DNA of 64,000 nucleotides from Perkinsus olseni (Eukaryota): NCBI GenBank assembly GCA_013115125.1, contig JABANN010000117.1, positions 1 to 64,000 of the forward strand, read 5' to 3'. Shown piece by piece: positions 60,721 to 64,000 of this stretch (position 1 is its first letter; each line of letters starts with the position of its first letter). The notes under the pieces were generated by a model. It saw only the letters and a program-made list of their open reading frames with translations, ran no database searches and was not told where the DNA came from. The position numbers and the translations under genes were made by a program.

Positions 60721-62139
60721 CGTCAGGGCGACAACCTCATATGTGAACTACGGGCAACCGAAAGACTTGTGCTACGTGTGAACAGAGGGAAGGTGCGTTC
60801 TGAGATCTGCAGACTGGTACGCTACCCGTGAAGACCCGTGGACGCAGCATAATTCCAGAAAAGGGGCGTGTCAGGCGTGACTGAAAACCACTGTGAGGGT
60901 ATTCTAGCGTGATCTCGGGCCGTTAAAGACCTCGCTAGACTCTAGCGTGATCTCTAGCGAGGAACTCAATCCCCAGCGGCTAGAGATCGACTTTCTCGCT
61001 AGAGATCCGCTAGAGTGTAGCCTGACCTTTAGGGTTATCATACACGCGGGTTTAAGGCGCAGAATGATACCAGATGAAAAGGCAGCAAACTTGGAAGTAG
61101 TAAAGAGCAGTGATGGTAGTTGCAGCGATCCACTTAGCGCAGTACTTGGTGGTTGCCAGAGTGCACACTTGTCAAACGGCTGGCTATGGTGCATCGTGCA
61201 GGGAGACATGCACTTCGCATGTCCCCTCTCGCTGCTCGCCGTATTCTTTTCGCTCATCCCTGCCAGTAAGGGTGCGAGTGCGTTTAGAGAGTCATGCACA
61301 CCGCTTATTATTCTTATGGGGACGAGTTCATGGTGATGTGTGAGTCGTGGTCGTGGCGATGGTTTCTCCTCGGTGCTCGCAGGCTGTTTGCCGTGAGACT
61401 TATTACTGAGGCTCAGTCACCGGGCTCACACTCTTGTGTGACTCTTTATAAATTGTCGCATACACGAGGAATCTGAAGGGTGTCAAACTACTTCACGCAT
61501 GTAGTTTAGGTTGTGAAGTGAGTGGTTTTAGCTTGCGATTGGCAAGTGTGGAATCCTCTCGGGAACGCATGGGTTGTAATGGGCCAGAGGCATCGCAGCC
61601 CATTCAGTGGTAAGAGTCTGGGATCTCCGAAATTTTTGGATATCTCTCAGCCCCCTCTGGTATGGACCATCGGACTCCTTAGTCAATGAGTTTCTCTCCT
61701 ATCACGGAAGCTAGTCTCGCTGGCGGGCTTCCCCTCAAACCATCGTGGCCCGCTATTCTTCGCGAGGAGGCAGCTCGCTTCCGGGCTTACTCGACTCCGG
61801 GCGAACAAGAGTCGTTATCAAATGAGTATTGATTACGGTGATAGATGGTGGAAGGGATACCGCTATCGCAGATAGATGATCGAAGTTTGCAGGGGCGATG
61901 TTTGCACGAGTATATCCAAAGTGCCCGCTGATGAATGAAGTACAGTACCAGACGCCTAATGAAGTACTAAAGACCGGAAACGATTGTGCAGGGATAACTT
62001 TCACAGAAGAGCAAGTTAGGGACTGGAATTTTCTTGGCGAGTCCTGATACGTATATCCATTGTTTGGGGTGGGCCAGCAACCGTTTCACGATGAAAGCGT
62101 GAGAGTGAAAAAATTTGCCTGGGATTCGAACCTGCGACT

Positions 62140-62235
62140 AATCCGTACGCGACCGGCATTCCCGAGCGTCTGGGGCAACTGTCGAACGTTAACATCGGTG
62201 GTGACGGACTCGACGATGGTCGATCTTCCGGGCCA
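62140..62235 (-). pseudogene. Relic fragment of a subtilisin prodomain
   Basis: TTDVNVRQLPQTLGNAGRV matches TTDVNVRQLPQMLRNAGHV in the 59326-60720 gene; the DNA also aligns with ~60525-60610. No catalytic domain follows. Confidence 0.75.
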
Positions 62236-62443
62236 ACTTCCGACCCACCTGTGGGTGTACTCATCCAAGAAGTGAATTATCTGCGGTGCCCCGTGAAGGC
62301 GCTCTGGTGCATGATCAGCGTCCCTCGACGTTCGAGGTGCCATTCCACCAGGCCTCCCCGCGGCCAACAGGGAGCTTTTCACCGGCTGAAGAGCCGGTCA
62401 CCATTGAAACGCAGAGATAGCGAGAACCATAGTGGCCCGATCA

Positions 62444-64000
62444 TTAAGCTCTGTCTTCAGAACAGTGCATGCGTCTAATGCAACTTTGCGCCTTGATGCT
62501 GCCGGTACGAGTAGTAATTTCGCGAGTGTCCGGCTCCTGTTGAGAGAATCGGATAACGCCCAGGGTGTGAGTGAAGCCCATCATCATCGTCTTGTTCATC
62601 GCGGACTGAGTATCAACAAAACATAGGTCGTAAAGGTGAAGGGACGTTTCCATGTAAAAAAGCAAGTGTCGCAGTAAAGTCTGTCGTGCTGTTAAGGAGC
62701 CGCCGTACTCAGCGTGAAGCTAACTATTTAGGTCATATTGACTCACGAATCTTTCGTTGCCCAACACTATCAAGCTGATTTCGCCCACCAATCCGGTGGT
62801 AACCGGCGCGATACTCAATCACTTCTTGGTGTCTTTCTTCTGTCTCGAGGAAGTTTCCAAGGTGAGTGAAGCCGCCGCCAATGCGAACCTGATGGATGGA
62901 AGAGTATCCCGGATATTTCCAAGTAAAGCGAGAATAGCTACCATCGGCTTGTCGTTCTTCATCGCGATTACCACCCTCTTCGAACCGTATTTATAAACTC
63001 CTTTGCTTATCTTTTCAAACTCGTATCGAGTTTGTGGACTCTCCGGGCTGGACAAGTACCTCACAGCAGCCAGGCCTATGTACAGCCCAGAATCGTGCCG
63101 CGGTACATTCTCAAGCTTTCATCGAGAATATCGGCAGTCTCCGGGACGGGGCCGGATACTGAGCATGCAGTACTATCTGGAAGAAGGCAATCCGGCCACC
63201 CTTAACCTCTGGGGCTCACCTCGTACAACGCGTGCAGTCTGCGGGAAGCCGACACCGTCAACGCTTTTGGATAACCTAACGGCTACAACTCCCGGCCGTG
63301 GGAAGACCTAGGAATATCCCACCCGTAGCAGGGACTAGTCCTGCGAGGAGGCCTAGCTGTCTGAGGGCGTGACGGAGATTCATCTTCATCACGTGCGTCC
63401 CGGACTAGTCGATGCAGAAGCCTCTCCTGCAGGAGAGTGCTTGATGCCTCCAATTTGCGCGATCGCTTCATCGTGTCACGAGCAGCAGCCAACCTGAAAA
63501 ATCCCTCAGATAAGGGAACTGTATGAGTTTGATGCTCACTTTGAGTGCGTCTCAGCTGGCGCCGGGTATTCGGTAGGTATCCCATCCGGACGAGGGACCA
63601 TCAGGTTGCTGTCAGCCTTGCGGGGGGCGGGCGCAAAGTGGAGCTTGGCGGATCCACGACACCGAGCTGTCTTCGCGGGCCGGGCCGTCAAAAAAGGCCG
63701 TGAAGACGCAGCACAGGCTAGTCTCTGTTCTAGCCTGGGTGACCTCTTAATCTTCCCTGCTACATCGCTAGTCGGGAACGTCAACATCACCCCTCCAGAT
63801 GCACCCTTCACCTCCGCCCCTGGGCAGTCGAGTGCCGCTGAGTCCACTGTGAATGGCGCTCCCGACGGTCCTGGCAAGCTGCTAGGAGCGTTCCTGTCAA
63901 TCTTTGGTTTCCGAGGCTCCGACAAAGCTTCTAGCCGCAACTTCGGCACGATCGGGGAGCTCTGTGTGACACCATCGTCGTCTGCTTCCGTTTCTGTGGC
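62444..64000 (-). CDS. GAS2/GAR-domain (microtubule-binding) protein, 3' part; multi-exon, start lies beyond the window and stop is approximate
   Basis: Spliced exons ~63030-62943 and ~62890-62822 give FEKISKGVYKYGSKRVVIAMKNDKPM|VRIGGGFTHLGNFL, matching the GAR signature MVRVGGGW..L..FL. Confidence 0.75.

Noticed and set aside
62115-62140. tRNA gene suggested by GGTTCGAATCC on the minus strand
   Set aside because: The T-stem does not pair and there is no D-arm or acceptor stem; the upstream bases belong to the subtilisin relic.
1-64000. Spliced-leader RNA, snRNA or rRNA genes; reverse transcriptase or transposase ORFs
   Set aside because: No match to a perkinsid/dinoflagellate spliced leader, snRNA or rRNA signatures, or RT/DDE motifs was seen by eye; degenerate copies could have been missed.

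Overview
Gene-dense eukaryotic protist DNA with many 40-90 nt GT-AG introns, most consistent with a Perkinsus-like alveolate (inference from intron style, flagellar genes and the subtilisin; no search was run). Recognisable genes in order: two tandem AAAP amino-acid transporters, a TMEM62-like metallophosphoesterase, SAP18, a divergent KsgA/Dim1/TFB1M-like gene, RPL21, a MAK/ICK kinase, a TPR protein, N6AMT1/HemK2, a ~16.7 kb inner-arm axonemal dynein heavy chain, an RS/RD-rich protein, uridine kinase, UBC9, a lysine-type phosphoglycerate dehydrogenase, an Mrp/NBP35 ATPase, a GH35 beta-galactosidase, a subtilisin and a GAS2/GAR-domain gene, plus several hypothetical genes. The most unusual item only appears after manual splicing: a probable mitochondrial presequence, then a phage-endonuclease-type zinc ribbon (HGNKYDYSLVDY...CPLHG...GCPLC), fused to a KsgA-like fold with a degenerate SAM motif (7904-5740, minus). 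Other highlights: an HU-CCDC81-like N-terminus on the dynein, a ~330 bp inverted-repeat (MITE-like) element, an 11 x 22 bp minisatellite, a 70-nt hairpin, a tRNA 3'-half-like relic in a UBC9 intron and a subtilisin relic. Exon boundaries were read by eye. No CRISPR array, rRNA or complete tRNA was seen.
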